A DNA stretch of 50,016 nt from Planctomycetia bacterium (GCA_021413585.1 JAIOQB010000260.1:1-50016), one strand, 5' to 3'. Counted from the first letter of the stretch, positions 1 through 10,638 are shown. Notes: generated by a model not told the origin, from the letters alone. Numbers and translations are program-made.

Positions 1-4
1 GACG

Positions 5-313
5 TTGTACATCGAGCCTGGCTCGCCCTGGCAGAACGGTTATGCCGAGAGCTTTCACAGTCGGCTGCGGAGCGAACTGCTCGACGCCGAGGTCTTCGAG
101 AACGTGGCGGCCGCCCAGTCGCTGGCCGCGAATTGGCGTAGTGACTACAACCACCATCGGCCCCACAGTGCTCTTGGTTATCGCACCCCAGCTGAGTTCG
201 CCGCCGGTTGTGCTACTTCCGCTACGGCTTCGGCTACGCCTCAGCCTACGCTCCAGCAGCACAACCGACTTCCTGCAGGAGGCTTACCCGTTACCCAACC
301 CGTACTCTCATAA
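5..313 (+). mobile_element. IS3-family transposase OrfB C-terminal fragment (rve integrase core), truncated by window start
   Basis: Translation YIEPGSPWQNGYAESFHSRLRSELLD...WRSDYNHHRPHSALGYRTPAEF matches the conserved C-terminus of IS3-family OrfB integrase-core domains; ORF runs off the 5' window edge. Confidence 0.8.
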
Positions 314-622
314 CCCCTGGTACTAAAAATGGGGGCATTCCAAGGCTACATGACACTTGAGTTCGACGGCCCGCGCCTCCAAGAAACCGTGCATGACGCG
401 ACCGGCACGGTGCTGTTTGAATCCACATTCGATGCGTAGCCCGGTCGATGGCATTCTGAATTAAATGCCATGAGGCGACTGCGCGATGTGCGGCTCTTTT
501 GTCCCGCGAAGACTTGAAGTTTCCAATTCCAATCGTTCTAATCGATATTTAATTGCCAGGCGGCATCGCATTCCCACGCTGCAATTCCACTTTCTTTTCC
601 AACGCGATGGCAAGGTCGCAAT

Positions 623-1771
623 ATGGGGGCTGGTCAGATGGAATTGACTGTCTTGGTATATCTGAAAGACGTCGACACGCGCGTCCTCTGGCCCAGTCTA
701 TTGTCGCAGGCCGAAGCGTCGATTGCGAAGTCGCTACCAACCGGTGTGCGCACGTTTGAAGTGCTTTACACCACTTCGCTGGAAAGCGCGGAAGCGAAAC
801 TCAACCAATTGTTCAGCGAGCGGCCTTGCGCCGCCGTCATACTACTGTCCGACGCATTGCTCGATCCGGACGACTCCTGGCGTGTCGAATGGCGCGCGAC
901 CTCGGCGATGAAGTGTTTGCGAGACGAGTACGCAGACCACCACTATCTCTCTTTGGCAGTGGGCAATGACGACCGGCGGGTGCCCGACGTCGACATCATG
1001 CTGAACAAGCGTTGTAACTTGAGAAAGCTGTTGGCGGCCTTGAATCTGTTGATCGACCGTGCGAGATACTACTCGCGCCCCGCGAAATGCCCAGAACCAA
1101 GCGGGCTTAAAATTCGCGCGATTAACAGTCAAGCCGAGCTGCGCGACGCGTTCAAGCTTCGCTATGCCGTTTATCGCGTCATGGGATATTTAAGCGAAGA
1201 TGCGATGGACATCGAGCAATTGATGGAGTTGGACGGTTGCGATTGCTGGTCAAACCATTTTGGCGCCTTTGTAGCCCAACCCGACGGCTCGCAAACGTTG
1301 GTGGGCACGGCTCGCCTGATCATGACTCGCAACTACGATGACCGCTATAAGCACTGGACAAACAGCTCGGCCACGACGTATTCACTAAAGAAGTTGTTGG
1401 AAAGAAGGAAGTCGGAACTGGTCAACTTTCGACTGCCTATTTTTCTCACGCTACCGCTAAACGATGAAATGACCAAGGCATTTAAGTCCATTTGGCCGTG
1501 GGCCGAATTGAGCCGCGTGATCGTGGCGCCTGAGTATCGCGGGGCGGAAATCGGGCGTAGCATTATTGAGTTCGCGGTCAGTGAGGCCGACCGGCTGAAT
1601 ACCGAAAGTGTCCTGCTGGAATGCCTGGAATTGCACCGGCCGATGTATGAGAAAATGGAATTCCAGCCGCTGGGACGCGGCGGCGTGGTGATGGGAGTCG
1701 GAAAGACGATGGTCGGCATGCAGCGAATGCATCCAAAACTAGCGGAAATATGCCAGACGGAAAAGACGTAG
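623..1771 (+). CDS. GNAT-fold N-acyltransferase (autoinducer-synthase/N-acyl amino acid synthase-like) with ~150-aa N-terminal extra domain
   Basis: 382-aa ORF; C-terminal half has FKLRYAVYRVMGYL...GTARLI and VIVAPEYRGAEIGRSIIEFAV motifs typical of the GNAT acyl-transfer fold (FeeM/exosortase-associated acyltransferase-like). Confidence 0.6.
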   Translation: MGAGQMELTVLVYLKDVDTRVLWPSLLSQAEASIAKSLPTGVRTFEVLYTTSLESAEAKLNQLFSERPCAAVILLSDALLDPDDSWRVEWRATSAMKCLRDEYADHHYLSLAVGNDDRRVPDVDIMLNKRCNLRKLLAALNLLIDRARYYSRPAKCPEPSGLKIRAINSQAELRDAFKLRYAVYRVMGYLSEDAMDIEQLMELDGCDCWSNHFGAFVAQPDGSQTLVGTARLIMTRNYDDRYKHWTNSSATTYSLKKLLERRKSELVNFRLPIFLTLPLNDEMTKAFKSIWPWAELSRVIVAPEYRGAEIGRSIIEFAVSEADRLNTESVLLECLELHRPMYEKMEFQPLGRGGVVMGVGKTMVGMQRMHPKLAEICQTEKT

Positions 1772-1892
1772 GCGGTGGTTAGGACCTGGATCTTTGGCGT
1801 GGGGCGATGATCGGAGAACTCAGGCTGGAGCGCGGAACCGCCTGCGTCTGCTGATCCCATGTCAGTTGAACTTTGAACATGAGAATCACCGC

Positions 1893-3611
1893 ATGGCAAC
1901 AACGCAAAATGGTCCGTCGCGACCGCTGGTATTCATTGGCTCCTCTTCGGAAGGCATTGACGTCGCCATGGAAATCCAGGCGGCGTTGGTAGACAAATGC
2001 GACGTCATTGTTTGGAACCAATTCTTTTTTCACCAGGGTCAGGCATTTCTCGAAGGACTGACCTCGCAGGTGGACAAATTTGACTTTGCCGTATTGGTTT
2101 TCACTCCCGATGACTCTGTGAACGCGCGGGGCAAGGTGGGCCCAGCGCCACGCGACAACGTGCTCTTCGAACTGGGATTGTTCATGGGAGGCCTGAGTCG
2201 GAGCCGGACGTTCGTCATCTATGAGGATTGCGAGGGGTTCAAGATACCCAGCGATTTGGCGGGCATTGCCTATGCCTCATACCGCCGGTCCGAAGTGGTC
2301 CCGCTGACGGCGTCGCTTGGCCCTCCGTGCCTGGGGATACGCAAGGAAATTGTCACGCTCGGCCTGCGCAAGCGGTCGTTCCAACAGGAGACTCTGCCCC
2401 CGCCCACCAGCCCAAAACAGGGCGACATCGAAGACAAAGTGGGCAAGCTCGTCGACGAACATAGCGACATCATCGGCGCCTCCGAGGCGCCTCCGGGAAT
2501 GGAACTGTGGTATGAGCAGTTGCGGCCGGTGCTGCGGCAATCGGTTTACTACACCACGCCTACGTATTGGCTCGATACGAACCTCAATGTGTTGGATTGG
2601 AATATCGCCTTTGATCTGGTGTTTTCGGAGATCGCGCCGATCTTGCAGTATCGCCACGTCAACGAGTTGATTGCCCGCCTTGCGAACTACGACGCCGTGT
2701 TCAATCACGCGCGCGAATTTTCTCGCCGGGTCAACGATGGGGAAATGCCCGCCTGCGACATCGAGCCATTGGTTTACCAGTCCGCCCGCTATGGTGACGT
2801 GCGGATGTTGAAGGTTGCAACGCAATTGCATGATATTGAAGGAAGCCTGCGCGGTTGGAATGTTTCGTTGCTTTTGCAGCAGTTGGACTGGGAACTATTC
2901 CAACGGCTACTCGAAGAGCGCATCAACGACGACAAGATGTGGAGCGTCTATGCGTCCGCGTATGATCGCATCTTGACGGGCTATCCCCCTTATCAAAAGC
3001 TCTTGAGCGACGTGGCCTCGGTGGTCCCCGCTTCGGCCGCCATGGTGCTCGATGTGGGGGCTGGCACCGGGAACTCCACAGGAGTGCTGCTGGAGAGGGG
3101 GTTTTCGGTGGTGTCCCTGGAAAAGAACGCGACGATGATCGATCATCTGCGTGCCCGACATTTCGACGCTGCCAAGCATCGCATTGTAAAAGGCTCGGCG
3201 GACACCCTGCATACTTTGCGCAGTATCCAGGATGGAATTTTTGACGCGGTCATTCTCGTCAACGTGTTGTACGGCCTGGACGATCCACTTGCGTGCCTGA
3301 AGGGGGTAAATCGCGTCTTGAAGCCTGGCGGCGTTGTGGGCTTGTCGACGACGCACTCGGCGATTTCACTTGATTTATTGTTGGCGAATATAAAAACGTG
3401 GCTGATGAGCCAGAATTTGTTCGATAGCTTGCAGGATGACTACGACAAGTTGTGCGAGGTTAATATCCGAATCGAGCACACCATCGCGCGACGACATTCT
3501 GCCGACAATTACCGCGAAATGCTCCGCGAAGCCGGGTTTACCATCGAGCGGTGCGAAGATTACACGTACCAGGGTGCCGTCATGTTGGTTCATGCACGAA
3601 AGTTGGGGTGA
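1893..3611 (+). CDS. TIR-like (pfam10137/COG4271-type) nucleotide-binding domain fused to class I SAM-dependent methyltransferase
   Basis: N-terminal VFIGSSSEG...DFAVLVFTPDD...PRDNVLFELGLFMGGLSRSRTFVIYE...KIPSDLAGIAY matches the TIR-like CAP12-type domain signature; C-terminal VLDVGAGTGN...VLKPGGVVGLST is a Rossmann SAM-MTase motif I/post-I; likely start at Met34 of the listed ORF (ATGGCAACA at 1893). Confidence 0.7.
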   Translation: MATTQNGPSRPLVFIGSSSEGIDVAMEIQAALVDKCDVIVWNQFFFHQGQAFLEGLTSQVDKFDFAVLVFTPDDSVNARGKVGPAPRDNVLFELGLFMGGLSRSRTFVIYEDCEGFKIPSDLAGIAYASYRRSEVVPLTASLGPPCLGIRKEIVTLGLRKRSFQQETLPPPTSPKQGDIEDKVGKLVDEHSDIIGASEAPPGMELWYEQLRPVLRQSVYYTTPTYWLDTNLNVLDWNIAFDLVFSEIAPILQYRHVNELIARLANYDAVFNHAREFSRRVNDGEMPACDIEPLVYQSARYGDVRMLKVATQLHDIEGSLRGWNVSLLLQQLDWELFQRLLEERINDDKMWSVYASAYDRILTGYPPYQKLLSDVASVVPASAAMVLDVGAGTGNSTGVLLERGFSVVSLEKNATMIDHLRARHFDAAKHRIVKGSADTLHTLRSIQDGIFDAVILVNVLYGLDDPLACLKGVNRVLKPGGVVGLSTTHSAISLDLLLANIKTWLMSQNLFDSLQDDYDKLCEVNIRIEHTIARRHSADNYREMLREAGFTIERCEDYTYQGAVMLVHARKLG

Positions 3612-3899
3612 TGGCGGCACCCTACCCCGGCTGTGATAATCCGGCCGTGGTTGGTGTTGAAAGACGACGATGGTTATTTTTCCCGGACTGGAAGCCATCG
3701 AATCGCCGCCGCGATTGCGGCTGGTTTGGACGCGGTGCCTTGTGTTGTATGCTGTCCTCCTTCGTGCGGCCTCATCCGAAGTAGGGAGGAGCAATTATTC
3801 CACTGACTTGAGCGTGTCCGTTCCGCCATCTGCATCTTCGTTTTTTCGCCGAGGGCCGTCAAGATTTGACCATCGCCAACCCACACAGGAGGACACGCG

Positions 3900-4307
3900 A
3901 TGGCCAACAAGATTCGAGACGCGAAGCGGGAGGCTTTTTGGCGGCGGGTGCTGGGACGGCAGCGTAATGGCGGGCATTCCATCCGGACGTTCTGCCGTAG
4001 CGAGAAGCTCCGCGAGCCATCGTTCTATGCCTGGCGGCGGGTGATTGCCCAGCGTGACGCGGAGCGGTCGCCGCGACGCTCGATGTCCAGCAACAGCCGG
4101 AAGCGGCGACGTGTCCGTCGCCCAACGCCCCGGCGAGCATTCGTGCCCGTGGTGCTCGGCGGCAATCAGCCGCCGGAGCCAGCCGGCATCGTGCTTGAGC
4201 TTCGCGGCGGACGACGACTCCTCCTGTCGGAGTCGATGCCCGCTGCCCGGCTGGCCGAATTGATCGGCGCCCTGGAATCGGCGCCGCAGCAGGAGGCCGC
4301 ATCGTGA
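3900..4307 (+). CDS. tnpA: IS66 family accessory protein TnpA (Orf1)
   Basis: 135 aa, helix-turn-helix-like N-term, ...FYAWRRV... motif, overlaps start of tnpB by 4 nt (ATGA). Confidence 0.7.
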   Translation: MANKIRDAKREAFWRRVLGRQRNGGHSIRTFCRSEKLREPSFYAWRRVIAQRDAERSPRRSMSSNSRKRRRVRRPTPRRAFVPVVLGGNQPPEPAGIVLELRGGRRLLLSESMPAARLAELIGALESAPQQEAAS

Positions 4308-4639
4308 TCGGGACTGTATCAGCCGGGAAGGATGTCCAGGTCTGGGTGGCCACCATGCCCGTCGATATGCGGAAGAGCTTCGACGGCCTGGCCGAAGTGG
4401 TCCGTAGCTTCCTGGGCCAAAACCCGCTCTCAGGCAGCCTGTTCGTGTTCCGCAACCGCAATGCGCAGCGCGTGAAGATCCTTTGGTGGGACCGCGATGG
4501 CCTGGCGATCTACTACAAGCGCCTGGAGCGGGGCACGTTTCAATTCCCGGCCAGCGGCGCGAAGTCTGTCAACATCGACAGTGCGCAGCTCATGCGGCTC
4601 TTGAGCGGAATGAAACTGACGGCGCGGCGCGCGTCGTGA
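4304..4639 (+). CDS. tnpB: IS66 family accessory protein TnpB (Orf2)
   Basis: 111 aa; MIGTVSAGKDVQVWVATMPVDMRKSFDGLAEVV...FVFRNRNAQRVKILWWDRDGLAIYYKRLERGTFQFP is the highly conserved IS66 Orf2 sequence. Confidence 0.9.
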   Translation: MIGTVSAGKDVQVWVATMPVDMRKSFDGLAEVVRSFLGQNPLSGSLFVFRNRNAQRVKILWWDRDGLAIYYKRLERGTFQFPASGAKSVNIDSAQLMRLLSGMKLTARRAS

Positions 4640-4692
4640 AACGTTTTCTTGCCACGCGGAACCTTTGCAACCGTTGCGTGTTCTAATAGGGC

Positions 4693-5607
4693 ATGAGCAA
4701 GGACGCCCCCATCGAAGTTGCCGAGTTGCCCGACGATCCACAGTTGCTGAAACAGCTTCTTGTTCAGCGCGAGGCAGTGATCGAACGTGTGAGGCATGAA
4801 GCGGCCGAGCGGATTCAGTCGCTTGAAGAGCGCATGGCCGCGATGGAAGCGGAACACAAGGCCGCCATCCTGGCCATCCTGCGGCGCTACTACGGTCCCC
4901 GCAGCGAGCGCTTCGACCCGCGGCAACTGCTGCTCTTCGGCCAGTTGATCGACCAGATGCCGCTGGACGAGGCGGGCGAGGAACTGACCACCCGCCGGAT
5001 CAAGAACCGCCACAAGCACGGCCGGCAGCAACTGCCCGACACGCTGCCGCGGATCGAGATCGAGCACGACCTGCCGGACGCCGAGAAGCCGTGCCCCTGC
5101 TGCGGCGAGCTGCGGCAACGGATCGGCCAGGACATCAGCGAGCAGCTCGAGTACTTCCCGGCCAGCTTCCAGGTGCTCAAGCACGTCCGCCCCAAGTACG
5201 CCTGCCCGAAGTGCGAGCAGGATGGCTACAACCCGCAGATCGCGGCGGCGCCCAAGCCGCCGCAGCCGATCGAGAAGGGGTTGCCGGGGCCGGGCCTGCT
5301 GGCCTATGTGGTCACGAGCAAGTTGGGAGACCATCTGCCGCTCTATCGGCTCGAAAAGATCTTCTCCCGGCAGGGGGTCCAGATCGCGCGGAGCACGATG
5401 TGCGCCTGGATGCAGGGGGGCGGCGACTTGGCCCGGCCGCTGGTGGACCTGAGGATCGGGCGCATCAAGCAATCGCGCGTGATCCACACCGACGACACGA
5501 CGGTTCCCGTGCAGGAGCGGGGCCTCACCACGGCCGACGGCCGGGGCAAGTGCAAGACGGGCCGCATCTGGACGTATCTCGGCGACGGCGCCAATAGGAT
5601 CGCCTGA
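4693..5607 (+). pseudogene. tnpC: IS66 family transposase TnpC, C-terminally truncated (~300 of ~510 aa)
   Basis: Leucine-zipper N-term, CPCCGELRQRIGQD...KYACPKCEQDG zinc-ribbon, HLPLYRLEKIFSRQGVQIARSTMCAWM core; ORF stops at 5607 well before the normal C-terminus. Confidence 0.85.
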
Positions 5608-5658
5608 CTCGTCATCTCCTTTCCAGGCAACAGTGCGCCACCGATTGAGTTCAGGCCG

Positions 5659-5994
5659 CTACGATGCTTTTTCCGGCCTCGATAAGATCGTCGCGTCTAC
5701 TGTCGCCGTCGCCATTGTTATTGGCTTGATCGCGGAGACAATCCGCGACACTCGCTTTGGGGTGATCGGCTGGCGGGTGGTAAGGCCCATGATCGGAAAC
5801 ACCAGGCCTTGCCGGTCCACCCGCGGGGTCTTCAGCAGGAACTCGGCGAAGTCGGGCGTCATCGGCAACAGCCGGTCTTGTCCTCCTTTGTCCGCCTCGG
5901 CGTAGATGCGCAGGCGGGGCCGGCGCCCCGATAGGTCGACCATGATGGGCATGTCGGCGTCCCACGAGAAAATCAGAGACTCCTCCAGCCGCAA
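5659..5994 (-). pseudogene. possible tyrosine-recombinase (integrase) catalytic-domain fragment
   Basis: 111-aa ORF with ...ADKGGQDRLLPMTPDFAEFLLK... resembling the TKTGK.R.VPL..EL..LL segment of phage-integrase family catalytic domains; no full-length protein. Confidence 0.3.
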
Positions 5995-6056
5995 GCTCGA
6001 CCGCCAAAGGCCTTCCAGGTAATCACGCGGCGCGATGCTGGGACGTCTCAGGCCTG

Positions 6057-6779
6057 CTAACTGGGAAAGGCGACGTCGTGATATATCTCCTGCACGTCGT
6101 CGCAGTCGTTGAGCATTTCGAGAAACTTCTCAAATTGGGCCTGGTCTTCCGCGCTGAGGGTCTTGGTGGCACGCGGCAGGAATGTGATCTCCTGGGTTTC
6201 CAGGTCGACATCCGGGAAGGCCTTCAGCAGGGCCGTCTTGGCTTTGTAGAGTTCGGCGGGCGGGGCGAAGATCGTGATGTGGCCATCCTTGCTCTCGACC
6301 TCTTCGACGGCCACGTCCGCGGCAAACATCGCGTCCATGACTTGCTCTTCGTTGTCTCCCTTAAAGGAGAGAACGGCCACATGGTCGAACGACATGGCGA
6401 CGGAGCCATTGGCGGCCAGTTTGGAATCCGTCTTGGTGAAGCAATTGCGGACCTCGGAGATCGTGCGCGTATTATTGTCGGTCAAGCAATCGACGATGAC
6501 CTGGGATCCGCCGGGGCCAAAGCCTTCGTAACGAGCCGACTGGAAGTCCTCGCCCCCAGCACCGCTCGCTTTCTGGATCGCCTTTTCAATCACATGGCTG
6601 GGCACCTGCTCCCGCTTGGCCTTTTCGACCATGCTGCGCAGGGCCGGGTTGGCTTCGACATTGGGCACGCCATTCTTGGCCACCACGTACAATTGCTTGC
6701 CGTACTTGGCATACAGCTTCGACTTCTGCGCAGCAGTCTTGAAGATCGACTGCTTGCGCTTTTCAAACATTCTTCCCAT
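6057..6779 (-). CDS. yebC: YebC/PmpR family DNA-binding transcriptional regulator
   Basis: 240 aa; N-term MGRMFEKRKQSIFKTAAQKSKLYAKYGKQLYVVAKNG and overall length/architecture match YebC/YeeN family. Confidence 0.9.
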   Translation of the reverse strand: MGRMFEKRKQSIFKTAAQKSKLYAKYGKQLYVVAKNGVPNVEANPALRSMVEKAKREQVPSHVIEKAIQKASGAGGEDFQSARYEGFGPGGSQVIVDCLTDNNTRTISEVRNCFTKTDSKLAANGSVAMSFDHVAVLSFKGDNEEQVMDAMFAADVAVEEVESKDGHITIFAPPAELYKAKTALLKAFPDVDLETQEITFLPRATKTLSAEDQAQFEKFLEMLNDCDDVQEIYHDVAFPS

Positions 6780-7127
6780 GCGATATCTGCCTCTTTGAGT
6801 GACCCAACGCGATGGCGCACCGAATTCAAAATACCGCCTTCCAACTATCGACTGCCCCCTAAGTGAATAGTAAAGCTAGCACAGATAGATGAGATTGGGC
6901 AGGGTTGGTCATGGCGTTAAACCGCCTGTGCCGTCAGGGAGAAGGTCGGTCAGTGGGTTATCCTGCTTTGTTGACTTGCTAGCAAGTCGGGGCATGTCTG
7001 GACTTTACTGATCGCGTCGAATTATGGATATTCCGCCCCCTCAGCGCCGATTGGCCCGACGCCGATTAGCTCGTCATCTAAAATTCTTGCTGCACGTCCA
7101 TTCAAGGCGCGGGAGCCAAAGGGTGCC

Positions 7128-8321
7128 ATGATGAAACTTTACCGCTGGTTGATACTCTGTACGGCTGCACTGTTGATGACAGCGCCGAGCTTGGCGCGAG
7201 GGGCCGAATCCGATCGGGTTGCTTCGGACCAGCATATTGAATCCGTGCCCGAGACCCCCGACGCGGATGATGACGCTCCATCATCCGCCGGCGTCCCTTT
7301 GTCGGTCTATGTTCCCAATCTGGATCCTGGTTTTCAATTGAGTGCGGGCTTCCTGTATCTGAGACCCGGCGCCGACAACTTGGGCTACGCCACCATCACG
7401 ACTTTTCTCCCGATTCAAAATCCCCAGTGGGCCGTTCAGGCGCTCGATCCGGAAAACCAACCCGGCTTCAGCGTGGGTGCCCGGCGTATCCTTCCCTGCT
7501 CCGGCCAAGATATCCAGGCCAACTGGGAACATTTGCGGAGCAGCGACTCGGCTTCCGTGGCCGTGAGCGATCTCGACACGCAATGGATTTCTCCCTTCAA
7601 CCAAACAGGGCCGTCCACTTCCGAGACGGCCAACGAGGTTGGCATTTTCCACTTCAAAGCGGCGCAGGCACAAGTGGACTTTGACTACGACATGGTGAAT
7701 CTCGACGTGGGCCAGACGCTGAGCATTGGCTCGAACACGCAGGTTCGACTATTCGCGGGCTTGTCCTTCGTCCGGCTGAGAGAGCAACTGATCTCGACGT
7801 TTTTTAACGACCCGAACATCGACCCTGTGCCCCCGGTCGTGGCCCCTGCCAACCCGGGCCTTAAGTACATAAGCTTGAACAACACGTCGACCTATACGGG
7901 CGTGGGACCACGGCTGGGTTTTTCCACGCAGTACAACCTGTCTCATGGATTTACGTTGATGGGCCAATTGAGCGGCGCAATTCTGGAGGGGTGGATGCAG
8001 CCCGCGCAGTACGCCTTCTCGGGGGTCTACGACGACAGGGTCGACAGCGAGCGGATCAGCAGCGACAGCGTGATGCAGGTTGTCTATGCCAGCGATGCCA
8101 AACTGGGCTTAGGATACACCCGTCCGTTGGGCAAGGTTCATGTCTTGAGTCTGGAAGCCGGCTTCAAGGCCGCGGTCTATGTCAACCCGTTCTCCACGTA
8201 TGAGACCAGCACCAATGTTCTGCCTCTCGACATTGGTTCTCTGTCGACCAATAGCATGCGGCATACGCCGAGCGACTTCACGCTAAGCGGATTGTACGCG
8301 ACGTGTGGCTTGCAGTGGTGA
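7128..8321 (+). CDS. secreted/outer-membrane protein (signal peptide; possibly porin-like)
   Basis: 397 aa with cleavable signal peptide MMKLYRWLILCTAALLMTAPSLARG; beta-rich, aromatic C-terminus ...CGLQW. Confidence 0.5.
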   Translation: MMKLYRWLILCTAALLMTAPSLARGAESDRVASDQHIESVPETPDADDDAPSSAGVPLSVYVPNLDPGFQLSAGFLYLRPGADNLGYATITTFLPIQNPQWAVQALDPENQPGFSVGARRILPCSGQDIQANWEHLRSSDSASVAVSDLDTQWISPFNQTGPSTSETANEVGIFHFKAAQAQVDFDYDMVNLDVGQTLSIGSNTQVRLFAGLSFVRLREQLISTFFNDPNIDPVPPVVAPANPGLKYISLNNTSTYTGVGPRLGFSTQYNLSHGFTLMGQLSGAILEGWMQPAQYAFSGVYDDRVDSERISSDSVMQVVYASDAKLGLGYTRPLGKVHVLSLEAGFKAAVYVNPFSTYETSTNVLPLDIGSLSTNSMRHTPSDFTLSGLYATCGLQW

Positions 8322-8425
8322 CCAGCGCGGCACCTTCAGTTCAGCGTGCCCCTTGCATGAGTATCGGACCTTGGATATGAGTATAGGTCCGTCCATAAAT
8401 GCAGGAATCCGCGGAGCACACGAAC

Positions 8426-8902
8426 ATGAAGCCAAAGAACACCATCTGCCTCTGGTTCGATAAGGACGCTGAGGCGGCGGCGCGATTTTATGCCGCCACC
8501 TTTCCCGATAGCAAAGTGACCGGGGTTCACAAGGCCCCCGGCGACTACCCGAGCGGCAAGCAGGGGGATGTGCTGACGGTTGAGTTCACCGTGGTGGGGA
8601 TTCCCTGTTTCGGCATCAATGGCGGGCCGATTTTCAAGCACAGCGAGGCGTTCTCTTTTCAAATCGCGACCGACACGCAGGAGGAGACGGACCGCTACTG
8701 GAATGCGATCGTCGGAAATGGCGGCGAGGAAAGTCAGTGCGGTTGGTGCAGGGACCGCTGGGGCCTCTCCTGGCAAATCACCCCGCGTACGCTGACCGAC
8801 GCGCTGGCGGCGGGTGGCGCTGAGGCAAAGCGCGCTTTTCAGGCGATGATGACCATGAGGAAGATCGACATCGCTGCCATCGAGGCAGCGCGGCGGGGCT
8901 GA
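8426..8902 (+). CDS. VOC family protein (PhnB/3-demethylubiquinone-9 3-methyltransferase-like glyoxalase fold)
   Basis: MKPKNTICLWFDKDAEAAARFYAATFPDS...CGWCRDRWGLSWQI matches PhnB-like VOC proteins; start taken at internal Met of listed ORF. Confidence 0.8.
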   Translation: MKPKNTICLWFDKDAEAAARFYAATFPDSKVTGVHKAPGDYPSGKQGDVLTVEFTVVGIPCFGINGGPIFKHSEAFSFQIATDTQEETDRYWNAIVGNGGEESQCGWCRDRWGLSWQITPRTLTDALAAGGAEAKRAFQAMMTMRKIDIAAIEAARRG

Positions 8903-9014
8903 GGTGGACACGAGGCCCTGGGAATCCCACCACCCGCGGCCTATTGGTGATACACTGCCCCTTTTGGTCCGCCAACCCGGTTCCTTGGGTCGATAGGCCC
9001 AACTGGAGAGCGCC

Positions 9015-9713
9015 ATGACAGAACCGACATCGCCGAATATTGTTACTCGTGATGTGTGGGAGCGGGCGCGTGCGGAACTGCTGGTCCGGGAGAAGGCGCA
9101 TACGCGTGCCGGCGACGCCTTGGCCGCCGCGCGCCGACGTCTGCCGATGACGCCGATGGACGACGTCACTGTCGTGGGGCCAAACGGCCCGTCTCCTCTG
9201 AGCGACGTGTTTGGAGGCCGGCGCATACTAATCGTCTATTTCTTCATGTGGAAGAAAGGCGCGCCACACCCCAAGCAGTGCGAGGGATGTACGCACAGCC
9301 AGACGGCCTTGGACGCCCAAGTCCGCGCCTATCTCGAAGCACGCGACGTTACTTACGCCGTCTTCAGCAGCGGTCCGCTCAATGAGATTATCGCGTACCG
9401 GGATTTCATGGGCTGGACGATGCCGTGGTACTCGACCGCCGACTCCGGAGACGCGCTGAAGACCCGAGACGGCGGCGACCTCCGCTGCTACTTGAAGGCG
9501 GGCGATCAGGTGTTCCAGACGTACGAAACGAAATGGCGCGGGATCGAGGCCATGTTGCCCACGCTGCAGTTGCTCGATTTGACTCCGTATGGCCGGCAGG
9601 AAACGTGGGAAGACTCGCCTCCCGGCTGGCCGCAGGACAAAGCTGGCTCGTGGTGGCGACGTGACGGCCGCCCCATTGCCCAGTGGCCCCTCACCGATGC
9701 AAAGGTCGATTAG
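9015..9713 (+). CDS. DUF899 family thioredoxin-like protein
   Basis: 232 aa; ...RILIVYFFMWKKGAPHPKQCEGCTHSQ...YAVFSSGPLNEIIAYRDFMGWTMPWYS... characteristic of DUF899. Confidence 0.8.
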   Translation: MTEPTSPNIVTRDVWERARAELLVREKAHTRAGDALAAARRRLPMTPMDDVTVVGPNGPSPLSDVFGGRRILIVYFFMWKKGAPHPKQCEGCTHSQTALDAQVRAYLEARDVTYAVFSSGPLNEIIAYRDFMGWTMPWYSTADSGDALKTRDGGDLRCYLKAGDQVFQTYETKWRGIEAMLPTLQLLDLTPYGRQETWEDSPPGWPQDKAGSWWRRDGRPIAQWPLTDAKVD

Positions 9714-10638
9714 AAGCAAACTGCGCTCCTGCCCGCTTCCCGGCTCATGCGTGATGTGATCGTTCCGGTGGTGAACGTCAACGTCCCGGCGGCTACGGCC
9801 GATCTCGGTCGATGTGACCGACGCGTGTTAGCTGGGTACAAACGCGCCGTCATGTTAGAAAACGGTCCATGGATGAATGGATTCAGAAAACGTACGGCCG
9901 GCGGGACGATGGGGCGCCAAAATGAGGGGGCTCGGATATGAAAGGCCATGTCTCTCTACTGGGCACCTGGCAGGCTAGAAGGAACGGATCGTCCGGAGGG
10001 CCGCTTTCCTAGAGCGGCGGCCGGTCAGACCGGCTGAGATGATTGTGCTACCTCCTCCGTCGCTTACTTCTGGATCGAGACGGCGATGTTGGTCAAGTTC
10101 GTCCGCATCTGGGTGACGAGCGCGGTGAGCCGGGTGGTACTCCCCCTGAAATGACAGAGCGGCACTACGCTGCTTGGATCGCTTCTCTCCGTTGGCAACA
10201 GAGTGGACTTTTTCCGTCGAGTGTGACCCCCGTTTGGGATGGACTTTCGTTTGGAGTGGCCGGCGGCGCCGGTGCGAACTCTTAACAATTCGTTCCACCC
10301 GCTGCCACCCGCACGCGACCCGCGCGATTATGTCGCTCGCGGCCGCCCTTCTGACTTCCCGCGCGGGCACCGCCGCTCGCACATCCCGCAAATTCCGTGC
10401 AAACGCATGTTAATCCAGTCCGCACAATCGCTTGGCCAAAAGTCTGTGGGTCTTAGCAGTTGTGCCGCTAAACATATTGGCTTGCGCTCTTTCCGGTCGA
10501 AACAGTCGAGAAGATTTAGTGCCTAACCCAAGACTCCGTCGCCCCGCGGCAGGCGAGTCGCCGTGGCGACCCGGCCCGCTCCCGCAGGGAGGGAGTACGG
10601 GATAGGCACAGTTCCTCTGGTTCTCTTAAATCCGCACC

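Larger units (their letters stand above)
3900..5607 (+). mobile_element. IS66-family insertion sequence, partial (tnpA-tnpB-tnpC with tnpC truncated)
   Basis: Three co-directional overlapping ORFs with the canonical IS66 order; third ORF ends prematurely. Confidence 0.8.

Noticed and set aside
4540-5487. 315-aa minus-strand ORF and 168-aa + strand ORF overlapping IS66 tnpC
   Set aside because: They are alternative-frame or antisense readings of the tnpC region. The tnpC frame carries the conserved IS66 transposase motifs.
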